Shown: positions 1 through 10,967, counted from the first letter of the stretch. The stretch is 64,000 bases of DNA from Marinagarivorans cellulosilyticus (GCF_021655555.1 NZ_AP023086.1:3046453-3110452), one strand, 5' to 3'. Notes: a model not told the origin generated them from the letters alone. Numbers and translations: made by a program.

Positions 1-3000
1 AGGTTTAGCGACAAAATCGTTGCCTCCAGCCAAAAAGCTCTGTGTTTTTTCGCTATCCAGTTCTTTTGCCGTTAAGAAGATTATCGGTAATTTGTACATG
101 GGGTGGGTTTTTCGCAGTGTTTGGCAAACCTCGTAGCCACTGATTTTTGGCATCATGACATCTAAAATAATAAGGTCAATTTTCTCCCCACTTTGCACGC
201 GCGCAATTGCGTCATAGCCATTTTCGGCTTCTATAGTTTGATAACCATGCAATTTTAATATACCGACTAAAACCATTCGATTAACCGCGTTATCGTCTAC
301 GCATAAAATGGTTGTGCTATTAGCATATGCTGGCGCGAGTGTTGTTACCATTGTTGGTGACGATCCACTATTCTCCTTAGAATTTAAGGCCGAAGCGCTA
401 ACTGGTAGTCGCGTTGTTGTGGTTGTTTCTTTGTGCCTTGGCGCCGCGCGTACATTGATATTTTTGCTGTCTGCTATCGGTAATGTGAAGCTAAATTTAC
501 TGCCTTGATTAAAGGTTGAGCTTGCGTAAATCTTTCCACCATGTAATTCCACGAGTTGTTTGGTAATGGCAAGGCCCAATCCCGAACCTTCGTATTCACG
601 TGAGTCGGTGTGATGAACTTGAGTGAATGATTGAAAAATCGTTTTCAAGTCTTCTTCACTAATACCTAAACCCATATCGGTAATACTAATCGTTAAGGTA
701 CGTCGATGAACGTGGGCGTTGATGTCAATGTAACCTTCGTTGCTGTACTTGATAGCATTTCCAATTAAGTTCAGTAATATTTGCTGTAGCCGATTTTTAT
801 CAGCGTAGGCTTTGGGCAGCGACGGGGGAATGTGATTATTGATACTGATTGGTTTTTTGTCGAGTAGGGGCGTGAGTAAGGCAATAACGGTTTCGGTTTG
901 TTGAAAAATATCGGTGGGGCTGCGGTTCAGTTTAATTTCTTGGTTGCCCAATTTTGACATATCCAATATGTCGTTAATTAAATGTGAAAGCCGCTTGCCA
1001 CTTTGAATAATCATGTCGAAGGTGGTGCTTTGTTTGGAGCTTAAGTGCGGAAGCAGGCTAGCTTGTAAGTTTTCGCTGAGACCGATAATGCCATTTAATG
1101 GGGTGCGTAGCTCGTGCGATGTATTGGCTAGAAATGCATCTTTCATTTTGTCGAGCTTTATAAGCTGGTCGTTAAGTGTGCGCTGTTTATTCAGCTCTAA
1201 GCGTTTCACTTTGTAGCGCCAAGCTAATTGTGCAATGCCCAGTAGCACAAGAGCGTAAGCGGCATATGCCCAAGCTGTTAGCAATGGGTGCGATTTAACT
1301 ACAATATCAATACTGGTGATTTCGGTATTCGTATTGCCGTTGGTGTCTAATACACGCGTTTTAAACTGATACCGTCCAGGCGGCAAGTGGGTATAAGACA
1401 CGTTGTTGCTGGTATCAGTTAGTCGCCAGCTTTTATCATAACCCTCGAGCATGACATGGTATTGGGTATGTTGATTTGAGCTGTAATTGAAAGCGGAAAA
1501 GGCAAAGGTAATTAGCGATTGATCATAGGTGAATTCCAGTGTTTTTGCTTCACTGATATTTTTTTTCAATGGTGATTTTGGAGTGTTTGTTGTGACTGAT
1601 TTGTTAAATATCTGCAGGTCCGTCAAGGTGACTTTTGGCGTTCTATTGGGGATTTTTAAAGAACTTGGGTTAAAAATAGTTAAGCCTTCAGTTGAGCCGG
1701 CATAGAGCTTTTGCTGTTTACCATGGCCATGCTCTTTATCAAAAAAAAGTGCATTGCGCTTATAGGTGTTACTGATTAAACCCATTTCTTTTTTTAGCAC
1801 TTCAAGGTGTAAGGTTTCTGCGTGAATTTTAACAAGGCCGTTGTCTGTTGTTACCCAAATATTGCCGTCGTTATCCTCGGCTAAACTTGCAATGTTATTT
1901 GAAGGCAGCCCATGGCTAATGGTAACGGCGGTAAATTGATCGCGCTCTGGATTAATGCGGGTTAAGCCGTCTTGTGTTCCTACCCATAATTGATTGTTAC
2001 TATCAACCAGTAGTGCAGAGGTTCGGTTACTAATAATGGAGTTTGGGTCTTGCGCGTTGTGATAATAGTGTTTTATGTGCTGCCGGGTGGGGTCAAACAC
2101 ATCTAGCCCACCTGATGTTGCCACCCACATATACTGCTGGTGGTCGATGGCAAAATCTTTTATGTGCGGGCCAGAGATATGTTTTGAATCTGCAGGTACT
2201 TGCGGTAAAAAATAGTCAAATTGTTGTGTTTTAAAATTGTAGCGGTTAATACCGTGGGTTTCGGTTCCGATCCATAGCGAATCATTGTCAATATGCAGCG
2301 CCCAAATATACGCGCTGTTGATGCTGCTTCCATTGTGACCACTCGGGTTGGGGGCAAAATGTTCGAAGCGGCCTGTTGTTGGGTCTTGCCGATGTAGGCC
2401 GCCAGACCAAGTGCCCACCCAGAGTTCGCCGGTTGTTCGCTCGGCGACTGCGAGTACAGCATTAAATTGTAATTCACCGGGCGTACCGGGTTGTGCGGTG
2501 TAGTGCCAGCTTTTAAGGCTGTGAGGGTCAAGGGCGCTAAGGCCGCCTTCCGTACCTACCCAAATATGACCTTGCTGGCTGTTTGCCAGCGTAAGAATAC
2601 CCGAGTGACTTAAGCTTGCGGGTTGGTCGAGGGTGTGTTTTAGGTGGGTAAACTGGGTACTGCCGGCTGTTAAGACATTGACGCCTAAAGGGTAAGTGCC
2701 CACCCAGAGGTTGTTGTCGCGGTCTTCAAATAGGCTGCGTACATTATTGGTAAGCAAAGAGCCGTTGTCGTGCGGGTTATGGGTGATGCGCAAGAAATTA
2801 TCGGTCGCGCGATTGAAGCGGTTGAGGCCGCCGTGATCTGTCGAAAACCATAAAGTGTTTTGGCTATCTTCATAGATTTGCCAAACGGTATTCTGACCAA
2901 TGCTGTAATCATCGTGGGTGCTATGGCGATAGTTTTGAAATGTCTGTGTGTTGGGATTCATGCGCGACACGCCACCGCCGAGCGTACTTATCCATAAATC

Positions 3001-3868
3001 TCCTGTGTGGTCGCGCACAATTGAGGTAATGCTGTTATGGCCCAGGCTGGCAGTATCTTTAGGGTCGTGCATGAAGTGTGTGGCTTCAATGATATGGCCG
3101 TCGCGACTAGCTAGCCGCAATAGTCCTTTAGTGGCGCTGCCAAGCCATAGGGTATTGTCTTGATCAATATGAAGGGCGCGAACAGACAAACTATCGACCT
3201 GTTTTTTTCACTGCGGCGGGCAGGGGGCTAAGTGCTGTACGGTCCGCTTCGAGTATAGCGAAACCGGATTCGCCTCCAATCATTAAGCGGTTATCGCCAT
3301 CAACACTCAGCGCGCGTATCGGTTGGGCCAGTAAGCTGTGTTTAAAGCGCGGATCTGAGCGGTAATTAATAAAACTATCAGTATTGGGGTTATAGCGGCT
3401 TAGGCCTTCATTGGTTCCTAGCCATAAGGTGTGATCCTTGTCGATAGCTAGAGACCAGACGGCATTGCTGGGTAGTGCTTGTGGGTTGTTTGCATCGTAG
3501 AGGTAGCGGCGAAGTTCGTGACCATCGTAGCGGGCTAAACCATATTCACCGCCAAACCACATAAAACCATGATGATCTTGGCGCATTGTTAGTATGGTTT
3601 GTACCGCGTTATTGGTTTCAGGGTTGTGAAGCAGGCGCTTAAAATGCGTGCTGGCTCGGGTTTGCGTTGCGCTAATTTCAAGTGCGGAGGCTTGCTTGGG
3701 GTGGGGGGGAGTCTCTGCGGCCCAGCTTAAAGTTGTTAAGCTGAGCAATATCATAGTTAAAGCCACTGTTAGCTGGCTTTGCTTGTGATGTAGGCATGCG
3801 AAAAAACGGCGCTGCACGGATGCGCGGCCGCCTGTTTTCCGTATGCATGCATGCCGGCCCCCAGTCAT
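1..3868 (-). CDS. Hybrid sensor histidine kinase/response regulator with an N-terminal signal peptide and a two-component-regulator beta-propeller (Reg_prop) region, followed by HisKA, HATPase_c and a C-terminal receiver. There is an apparent +1 frameshift in an A7 (T7 on the + strand) tract at 3202-3208. The 3' end runs off the window start. The start may be the internal Met at about 3754.
   Basis: The N-terminal ORF 3191-3868 carries Reg_prop-like repeats (WFGGEYGLARYDG, LWLGTNEGLSRYN). The frame with codon starts congruent to 0 mod 3 is open from 3198 to position 1 and reads ...VDSLSVRALHIDQDNTLWLGSATKGL... A G2 box REYEGSGLGLAITKQLVELH lies at 541-600 and the receiver motif IDLIILDVMMPKISGYEVCQ at 121-180, both in the same frame. 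Removing one A from the A7 run joins the two frames (AVKKQVDSLSV...). Confidence 0.7.
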
Positions 3869-4487
3869 TCTGTTCTCTCGTGCGTTAACTCCTTTAAGTG
3901 TAGTGAATATCCAGTAGTTTGCGGAATATGGGGGTTTACCCGCCGTTTATTCATGTTTTGTAGCTATTCAGCCATCTGCACAATTAGCCCTCAATTTTGC
4001 AGATGTCTGAATAGTTACCCATTTTTAAGCTTTTCGCGGCTCGCTTGTGCTCAATAGTGTGTGCTGAGCATGCTTTACGCCGGCGTCTGACTTTTCGCTG
4101 AGCACAGCTGTAGTAAAAAGTAGGCCGAATGCCAAGAACAGGGTGATTAAAGCAACAACGACAAAGTGTAGCGGTTGTTCAATTGAATAATGTAGGTGCC
4201 AAAATTGGTTCATAGGGTTACCTCACAGCTAAGCTGTTACAGGGACGTAGCGCATGTGCGCAATTTTCTGGTCAGAGCCCTTTGATTGCGCGGCGGTTAC
4301 GTGCCGTTAAGGCGATATGGCCTAATACCAAGATAGTGCTTGGCGCATAAATCAACAAATACCGTTTTGTTCAGTTGCGTTGTTTTTTATGCCATTGCAT
4401 TGCAGTCGGTTTATTTTACCGGGCGTGTGACGGATACCTCTAGGGCTTCTGTATACTGCGGCTTTACTGTTGTTTGGATATTGCACC

Positions 4488-5510
4488 ATGAACGTTACTG
4501 AAGCATCGCCTAAAGAGGTTTCGCAAGCAGAAACTCCCTTTTCGAACCTTACACCTGATTTTGTCTTGGATGCTGTTGAGTCCATGGGTTTTGTCAGTGA
4601 TGCACGAATTTATACGCTAAACAGTTATGAAAACCGTGTCTACCAAGTGGGGATCGAAGACAGTCAACCGCTAATTGCTAAGTTTTACCGCCCAGAACGT
4701 TGGACCGACAAGCAGATTTTAGAGGAGCATGCGTTCAGTTTTGAACTACAGGACCTAGAGATTCCCGTTGTGCCGCCGATGCTGCACGAGGGCAATACGT
4801 TATTGAATTATAAGGGGTACCGTATAGCGCTGTTCGAGCGCCGAGGTGGCCGCGCGCCAGAGTTGGATTGCGAGGATACCTTGTATTCTTTAGGGCAATA
4901 CATGGGGCGTATTCATGCGGCAGGGCAGGCAACACCTTTTGAGCATCGACCGTCCTTAACAGTGGAAAGTTTTGGTTCGAAAAGCCGCGAGTTTTTGCTT
5001 GCGAATAACTACATTCCGGCCAGTTTGCTGGAGGCGTACACTACCATTACGGACCAGTTGTTAGAAAAGGTCACGGCGCGATTTGACCTTATTGATTACA
5101 CGCCAATTCGTTTACACGGTGATTGCCATCCCGGCAATATATTATGGCGCGATGACAAACCCAATTTTGTTGATTTGGATGATGCCCGCAATGGGCCGGC
5201 GGTTCAGGATTTGTGGATGCTGCTATCGGGCGAGCCGGAGCGGCAGCATATTCAGTTGGCGAACTTGGTTGAAGGTTATGAAATGTTTTGTGATTTTCAA
5301 CCCAAGGAGCTCGGGCTGATTGAAAGCTTGCGGTCTTTGCGGCTTATGCATTATGTCGCCTGGCTTGCGAGGCGTTGGAACGACCCGGCATTTCCTATGC
5401 ACTTTCCGTGGTTTAACACTGAGCGTTATTGGGCACAGCACATCAATGAGTTACGCGAGCAGCTGTTTGCCCTAGAGCAACCGTCGCTGAAGTTAATGCC
5501 GGATTTCTAA
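4488..5510 (+). CDS. srkA: Stress response serine/threonine kinase SrkA/RdoA (YihE family)
   Basis: Near-colinear match to E. coli YihE, including LNSYENRVYQV, KFYRPERWT, HGDCHPGNILWRD and DLDDARNGPAVQDLWML. The ORF track starts at 4470; the YihE-like Met is at 4488. Confidence 0.9.
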   Translation: MNVTEASPKEVSQAETPFSNLTPDFVLDAVESMGFVSDARIYTLNSYENRVYQVGIEDSQPLIAKFYRPERWTDKQILEEHAFSFELQDLEIPVVPPMLHEGNTLLNYKGYRIALFERRGGRAPELDCEDTLYSLGQYMGRIHAAGQATPFEHRPSLTVESFGSKSREFLLANNYIPASLLEAYTTITDQLLEKVTARFDLIDYTPIRLHGDCHPGNILWRDDKPNFVDLDDARNGPAVQDLWMLLSGEPERQHIQLANLVEGYEMFCDFQPKELGLIESLRSLRLMHYVAWLARRWNDPAFPMHFPWFNTERYWAQHINELREQLFALEQPSLKLMPDF

Positions 5511-5643
5511 GGCTCGTCTTTGGTGTAGTTCGTGCGGGACTCTCTCAAACATATGCACAACAAGTAGGCTGAGTATGCGCCATTTTTTGCCATATGTGGT
5601 AATGTTTTGTTTTTGAGATATTGTCCTGCGCTGTTTTACATGA

Positions 5644-5831
5644 GGGCACCTCTAAAAATAGTAATTTTTGTGTGAGAGCAAGGAAGCACCGCCCGGACGA
5701 CTGAATGGATTCAGGAGGTAGGGCGACGCAGGAAGCCAAAGCCGAGAGCCGCAGTTTACGTGGTGTAAATGAGGACTCGAGGACGGAGCTGACGCCGCTA
5801 TCGCGGAAAAAGTGCATTTTTAGAGATGCCC
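5644..5831. repeat. 17-bp near-perfect inverted repeat (GGGCACCTCTAAAAATA ... [T]ATTTTTAGAGATGCCC) enclosing a GC- and purine-rich segment of about 150 nt. Candidate structured ncRNA or MITE-like element.
   Basis: The arms lie at 5644-5660 and 5816-5831 with one mismatch. The interior (gcaaggaagcaccgcccggacgactgaatgg...gacgccgctatcgcgg) is compositionally distinct from the flanking AT-rich intergenic DNA. Confidence 0.3.
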
Positions 5832-6148
5832 ATAAGTGAGAAGGCGATCTCAGCTTGACCGTCTGGCAGTCATCGCTTGCGGTAAAGCGGTTAGAATACT
5901 GTTAGATTACCTATATTGACACCTTAATGTGCATATGCGGCAAAATATGGCCCCTTTAGGGTTTGTGATAGTCCGCCAAGTGAGGTGTTAGCGCAAGGTA
6001 AGGCTTTAAGCGTGAGGGTTTATGTCCGTTGTGAAAGGCGGCATGTGTTTGCTGCGGACTACCTCACGATGTATTGCACTGCCATTCATTGAGGGCTTGG
6101 TCTTAGAGTGGCTCTCGTTTAAGGTAGCGCCCTTGATAAACAGCAGTT

Positions 6149-6982
6149 GTGAGAGCTATGGCGCAGGATGATGACAAGGCACTAATAGAAGCCGCATTGG
6201 ATAACTTACTCGAGCCCATTGTTGCGATGCTTTTGCGTAACGGTGTGACATATCAAGAGTTTGCGACCTTCTCTAAAAATACCTTTGTGTCCGTCGCCCA
6301 GCGGGACTTTGGCGTGCGCGGCCGCCCGACCAACAGTTCACGCATTTCCGCCATGACAGGCATAGATCGCCGTGAAGTCGGCCGCATCAAAGATTTGCTG
6401 GCGTGCGAATCGCCAGTTGGCCAAGTCAGAGAGTCACAAGATCGGATGTCTCGTGTCGTGCGTGGTTGGTATGAAGATGCTGACTTTTTGGATAAGCACG
6501 GCCACCCAAGCCAATTACCAACTGAAGACGGCGAGATTTCGTTTAAAGAATTAGTGCGTCGCCACGGCGGCGGTTTACCTTTTAAAGCGGTGCTGAAAGA
6601 GTTGCTGGCAGCAGGCAACATCAAAGTGTTAGATAACGATATTCTGCGTGTATTAAAACCCTATTATTCACCGCCAGGGTCTAACCCTGAAGCGTTACTG
6701 CGTGCTGGCACGGTGATTAATGAGCTTTCTAATACGCTACTGCACAATTTATATGTTGCCCCAAATAAAAAGAAAGAAACGCCTCGTTTTGAGCGGCGTG
6801 CAAGCAGTAATGATATTAACGTTAAAGATAGTGAAGCATTTAAAGCGTTTTTAAATATCGAAGGGCAGGCGTTTTTGGAGCGCGTTGCCGTTTGGATTAA
6901 CGATCATCAAATCGAGACCGAGGACACGTCAAAGACGGTACGTTTGGGTGTGGGTGTTTACGGTATTGAGCGTAAAAATTAA
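6149..6982 (+). CDS. Hypothetical protein with a possible HTH-like segment (SRISAMTGIDRREVGRI)
   Basis: 277-aa ORF with coding-like composition and no recognisable catalytic motif. Confidence 0.5.
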   Translation: MRAMAQDDDKALIEAALDNLLEPIVAMLLRNGVTYQEFATFSKNTFVSVAQRDFGVRGRPTNSSRISAMTGIDRREVGRIKDLLACESPVGQVRESQDRMSRVVRGWYEDADFLDKHGHPSQLPTEDGEISFKELVRRHGGGLPFKAVLKELLAAGNIKVLDNDILRVLKPYYSPPGSNPEALLRAGTVINELSNTLLHNLYVAPNKKKETPRFERRASSNDINVKDSEAFKAFLNIEGQAFLERVAVWINDHQIETEDTSKTVRLGVGVYGIERKN

Positions 6983-6992
6983 GAGGTTGGCA

Positions 6993-8264
6993 ATGCAGTG
7001 GATTAAGTTTTCGCGCGTAATGATGTATGCCGCGTGTATTTTTTTAGCCGCTTGCGGCAGTGAGAAAGATGACGATGAAGTAGCTAGCATTATTGATGGT
7101 AGCGGGGCGCCGGTACCTGATGTGGCGGTCAGTGGAGCCATTACGGGTTTTGGCAGCGTTATTGTTAATGGCGTGCACTACGAAACAGACAGTGCAGAGG
7201 TTTACATTAATGGTGAGCTAAGCTCTGAAGAGGCATTGAGTATTGGCGATTTTATTACGCTTTTTGCCAATGAGAACGATGATGAGCTTGATGTTAGTGT
7301 TATTTATGCTGAATCGGCGGTTTTGGGTAAAGTTTCTGGCATTAATTACGCTGATGGCACTATTGATGTTGTGAATCAGCGGGTTCGCATTTCAGGCGAT
7401 ACGGTATTTGACGCAAATTTTGCCGTTAGCAATATCTCGGATATTAGTGTTGGTGATACCGTGGAGGTTCGCGGTGCCAGTGCTGGCTCGGGCAATATTT
7501 ATGCTACGCGTATTAACAAGGGCGATAGCAACACCGATTTGATTTCTGGGCGCATTGCCAGCCTAGATACTAGCGCGCAAACGTTCATGCTATCAGGCAA
7601 TGAGGTTGATTACTCTCAAGCAACTTTAAACTTCAGTTTACCCGACAGCCAGTGGGTTTCGGTGGTAGGGACGCTGAGTGCGCAAACAGGTTCCTTTATT
7701 GCCCAAAGCATTCGGGAGCGCCAAGATAGGCAACCTCTGACTGAGGGTACAGCGTCACGGTTAGAAGGTTTGATTGAGAATGTCAGCCAGACGGGTTTTG
7801 ATATTAATGGCCAGCGCGTTAAATTGCTGGTCGATACCCAATACCGTGACGGCAGCGCTTTTGATTTGCTGGAAGGCGCAGTTGTTGTTGTAGAAGGCGA
7901 TGTGGATGCACAAGGGCAGTTACAGGCTAATGTGATTCGCTTTCGCGATAGTAACTTTATTACTGTTGACGGGCTTGTAGAAGATATCGACCCAGTGGGC
8001 GTTGCGCCAGGGGAGATCGGTTATGATCCGTTCTATTGGGGGACTGTCAGCGCTGGCGGCGAAACCTTTATTGTGAATGCCTACACCATATTTGTGGGGC
8101 GCGGGCCAGAGTTTGGTTTTCGTGGTGCTTGGTATGGCGACTTACGTCTTGGTGATCAAGTCCATATTGTGGCAGCAGGGTTACCTGGTAGTGGTGACTG
8201 GGTCGCGCGGGTTGTTGAATTTGAGCGAATGGAGCCATTTGGCCCAGGCCCAGGCGCCAATTAA
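6993..8264 (+). CDS. Lipoprotein with about five tandem degenerate beta-rich repeats (DUF5666-like)
   Basis: RBS gaggttggcaATG precedes the start. The signal peptide with lipobox is MQWIKFSRVMMYAACIFLAAC|GSEKDDDE. Repeat modules resemble VSGAITGFGSVIVNGVHYETD, VSGINYADGTIDVVNQRVRISGDTVFD and VEDIDPVGVAPGEIGYD. Confidence 0.65.
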   Translation: MQWIKFSRVMMYAACIFLAACGSEKDDDEVASIIDGSGAPVPDVAVSGAITGFGSVIVNGVHYETDSAEVYINGELSSEEALSIGDFITLFANENDDELDVSVIYAESAVLGKVSGINYADGTIDVVNQRVRISGDTVFDANFAVSNISDISVGDTVEVRGASAGSGNIYATRINKGDSNTDLISGRIASLDTSAQTFMLSGNEVDYSQATLNFSLPDSQWVSVVGTLSAQTGSFIAQSIRERQDRQPLTEGTASRLEGLIENVSQTGFDINGQRVKLLVDTQYRDGSAFDLLEGAVVVVEGDVDAQGQLQANVIRFRDSNFITVDGLVEDIDPVGVAPGEIGYDPFYWGTVSAGGETFIVNAYTIFVGRGPEFGFRGAWYGDLRLGDQVHIVAAGLPGSGDWVARVVEFERMEPFGPGPGAN

Positions 8265-8302
8265 AAAGTAGAGCGCACAAAGCTTGCGGTAATTCGCAAG
8301 TG

Positions 8303-9016
8303 TCACAGCGCGTTAATTAATACCTCGCGGGCTTGGTTAACGCGCGCAGCTAAATAATCGCTGCCGCCTTTGTCGGGGTGCAGTTTGCTCATAAGGCGGC
8401 GGTGAGCATCAATAATTTCTTTTTTGGTTGGCATCGTTTTAAAGCCGAGAATTTCTAGAGCTTCATCAACAGAAACTCCATTGTTTGAAGGCATTTGGGT
8501 GTTTTCGCGTTGCCTGTCATTGTCGTTGCCTGCGGCTCCAGCAAAGCCTTTGCTGCGGATATAAGCGGCGAGTAAATAATAAGATTTTTTGTCGTTAAGG
8601 CTAAAAAAATCTTGCAGTGTTTGCAGTTGTGAGTCGCTTAAGTTACCCAGCATTTGCTCGGCGAACTCCCCTTTGATGACTTTGCCTGTCATTTGTCCGC
8701 TGCTGACATTCACCGACATAATCAAATATTGGCTGCGAAATGTCGCGTTGCCATTATTCTTAGCTAGCCACATTTTGGCCATGGGCAAGCCCCAGCGCAG
8801 GCCGAATTTTGCCAGGGTAGCGCCTGCTGCCAGCAAACCTGCCACTATGGGCACTCGGCCTGTCATGCTGCCAATAATAATGGCTATAACCACTATGGCG
8901 ATGACGATTTTAATCGCCCAGCTGCGGCGCTCGGCTGGTGCCGCCTTTTTGTATTTATGGATCAGCGTAAAAAGCGTGAAAATAATGGCTAAGCCAAACA
9001 GTAGTTTTATTATCAT
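8303..9016 (-). CDS. djlA: DnaJ (J-domain) membrane co-chaperone, DjlA-like
   Basis: N-terminal TM helices are followed by a C-terminal J-domain with the HPD motif (KKEIIDAHRRLMSKLHPDKGGSDYLAARVNQAREVL). Confidence 0.6.
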   Translation of the reverse strand: MIIKLLFGLAIIFTLFTLIHKYKKAAPAERRSWAIKIVIAIVVIAIIIGSMTGRVPIVAGLLAAGATLAKFGLRWGLPMAKMWLAKNNGNATFRSQYLIMSVNVSSGQMTGKVIKGEFAEQMLGNLSDSQLQTLQDFFSLNDKKSYYLLAAYIRSKGFAGAAGNDNDRQRENTQMPSNNGVSVDEALEILGFKTMPTKKEIIDAHRRLMSKLHPDKGGSDYLAARVNQAREVLINAL

Positions 9017-9039
9017 GGAAATTTGTATGTCTAGTCAGT

Positions 9040-10536
9040 TTATGGCGCTGTCATTGGGCCAAATTGTAGGTTAAACCCAACAGCGTTTAAATAACGGGCT
9101 TCTTGAGTCAAACCTGCTTTTGTCAGCGGTTGTTCGTCTAGCCAGCTTGGGCTAAACGTGAGTTTAATCAGATTGTTGTCCAGTTCGATATCCACTGTGC
9201 TATCTATGCCATCGCGGCCGCGATGCAGAATAATCGCGATACGTAAACAAGTCAGTAGTGGCATCATGGCATTGAAGACGCGTGGATCTTGTTTATCTAG
9301 TTTGCCAATAATTTTTTTTCGGTGGCAGCCAACAAGTTCTGCAAGTAGGTGTTGTTCGTAGCGGCCAAAGCCGGCAATGTCGCTAAATTGTAGGACGTAA
9401 TGGCCGTGGTGGTGGTAGCCGGAATGAGAAATACCTAGCCCGATTTCGTGCAGCTCGGCCGCCCAGCTCAATAGCTTGGTGCGCGAGGCGCCAGGTAATA
9501 CTGGGCCATCGATTTGACGCCACAAATGCAAGGCTAAATGGCTAACGCGTGTGGCGTGTTGTGTATCTACCCGGTATTGCTGTTGCAGCTTATCGATTGC
9601 GCGGTTGCGTATGTCGTCTTCACCGAGGCGGCCAACAGTATCAAAAATTAAGCCTTCTTTTAAAGTGGCGTCGGCGACATGCAAAGTTTCTATGTGTAGT
9701 TCGTCAAAAATGGCCTTTAAAATGATTATGCCTGCAGGAAGTACAGCGCGGCGTTGTTTAGAAAAATCCCCCTTGCTGATGCCGCCGTCGTTTTCCATGT
9801 CGGTAATCAGTTGGTTAAGGCTGCTGCTGTTAATCACTGCGCCGCCATCTTGCGGTTGAGTGAGTTCAGCTATGGCTCGCATGGTGCCAGATGTACCGTA
9901 TACCATAGACCAACCATGTTGAATGTAGGCCGCGCGGATGTATTCAATGCGCTCGCAAATAGCAATATAGGCGGTATGCAGGTTTTTGCGTGTAATGCCG
10001 TCGCTTAAAAATTCCCGCGTAATAGCAACGCAGCCAAAATCTAAACTTTCGAGCAGTTCAGGTGAGTGATCGCAGCCAATAATAAATTCCGTGCTGGCGC
10101 CACCAATATCGATGACCAAGCGCAGGTTGTTATCGTTAATAACGCTATGGCTAAGCCCCGAGTAAACAAGACGGGCTTCTTCATAGCCCGAAATAATCGC
10201 AATAGGGTGGCCCAGTGCTTCTTCGGCTTGCATTAGGAAGTCACCTGCCGCATCGGCATCGCGCAGTGTTTTGGTGCCTACTACGCGCACTTGAGCTGCG
10301 GGGATATCCCGTAAGCGTTCGCTAAAGCGACTAAGGCAGGCAAGGGCGCGTTCGCGTGCATCCTGACTTAGATTGCCATCCTCTTGTAGTCCTTGGGCCA
10401 ATTGCACCATGTCTTTTTCACGGTCGACCTTCTCGAGAAAGCCATTATCAAATCGCGCCACTAGCAAGTGAAAGCTATTCGAGCCTAAGTCAACGGCAGC
10501 AAAATACGAATTATCAATATGGGGCGCAGTATTCAT
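9040..10536 (-). CDS. ppx: Ppx/GppA family exopolyphosphatase / guanosine pentaphosphate phosphohydrolase
   Basis: N-terminus AAVDLGSNSFHLLVARF and the motifs ISGYEEARLVYSGL and VIDIGGASTEF are typical of Ppx/GppA. At 498 aa there is no adjacent ppk. Confidence 0.9.
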   Translation of the reverse strand: MNTAPHIDNSYFAAVDLGSNSFHLLVARFDNGFLEKVDREKDMVQLAQGLQEDGNLSQDARERALACLSRFSERLRDIPAAQVRVVGTKTLRDADAAGDFLMQAEEALGHPIAIISGYEEARLVYSGLSHSVINDNNLRLVIDIGGASTEFIIGCDHSPELLESLDFGCVAITREFLSDGITRKNLHTAYIAICERIEYIRAAYIQHGWSMVYGTSGTMRAIAELTQPQDGGAVINSSSLNQLITDMENDGGISKGDFSKQRRAVLPAGIIILKAIFDELHIETLHVADATLKEGLIFDTVGRLGEDDIRNRAIDKLQQQYRVDTQHATRVSHLALHLWRQIDGPVLPGASRTKLLSWAAELHEIGLGISHSGYHHHGHYVLQFSDIAGFGRYEQHLLAELVGCHRKKIIGKLDKQDPRVFNAMMPLLTCLRIAIILHRGRDGIDSTVDIELDNNLIKLTFSPSWLDEQPLTKAGLTQEARYLNAVGFNLQFGPMTAP

Positions 10537-10967
10537 GGGTGGTTTCTTTTTATTCCTGAGTCAGTAAACGAAAGCTTGGTTAGTCGCATCCTTTGCATTA
10601 TGCCAAGCTAAAGCGCGATTGCCAGCCTCGTTGTAAGGATGCTAGGCGTTTAAGCGGGACTAGCGGTTGTTAGAGGTGATAATTGAGCTGCTAGCACGAT
10701 AAGCGGTAGGCTGGCTATTTGTAGCGTTCATTTGCATAGGTAATCCATGTTTTTTAGATCGTAGCGGACTTAAGTCTGCTTTGCGGGACTAAGCCTGCAA
10801 TATTTAGAATAAGTCATTATATCGAGCTGGCACCCTTACGCCATTTATCGCGGTTGCTACCCTCCTATAGCTTGATGCTAGTGCTATACCGTTTCGTAAC
10901 ATACCTTTAATAGAGCCAAGGTTCGGTTCGTTGCAGCATGATGGGTAAACTGTAGAGGTATTAGGTT

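Noticed and set aside
4025-4213. 62-aa ORF with one hydrophobic helix in the srkA upstream region
   Set aside because: It has no clear RBS and overlaps another short ORF. It could be real but there is insufficient evidence, so it is left unannotated.
5545-5817. 90-aa ORF overlapping the inverted-repeat element
   Set aside because: The ORF spans the palindromic arms and GC-rich core, and its translation is low-complexity. The element is better explained as structured RNA or a repeat.
10826-10842. Sigma54-like TGGCAC...CGCC sequence upstream of the 10968 ORF
   Set aside because: The spacing between the GG and GC dinucleotides is one base short of the -24/-12 consensus, and the -12 element is CGCC rather than TTGC.
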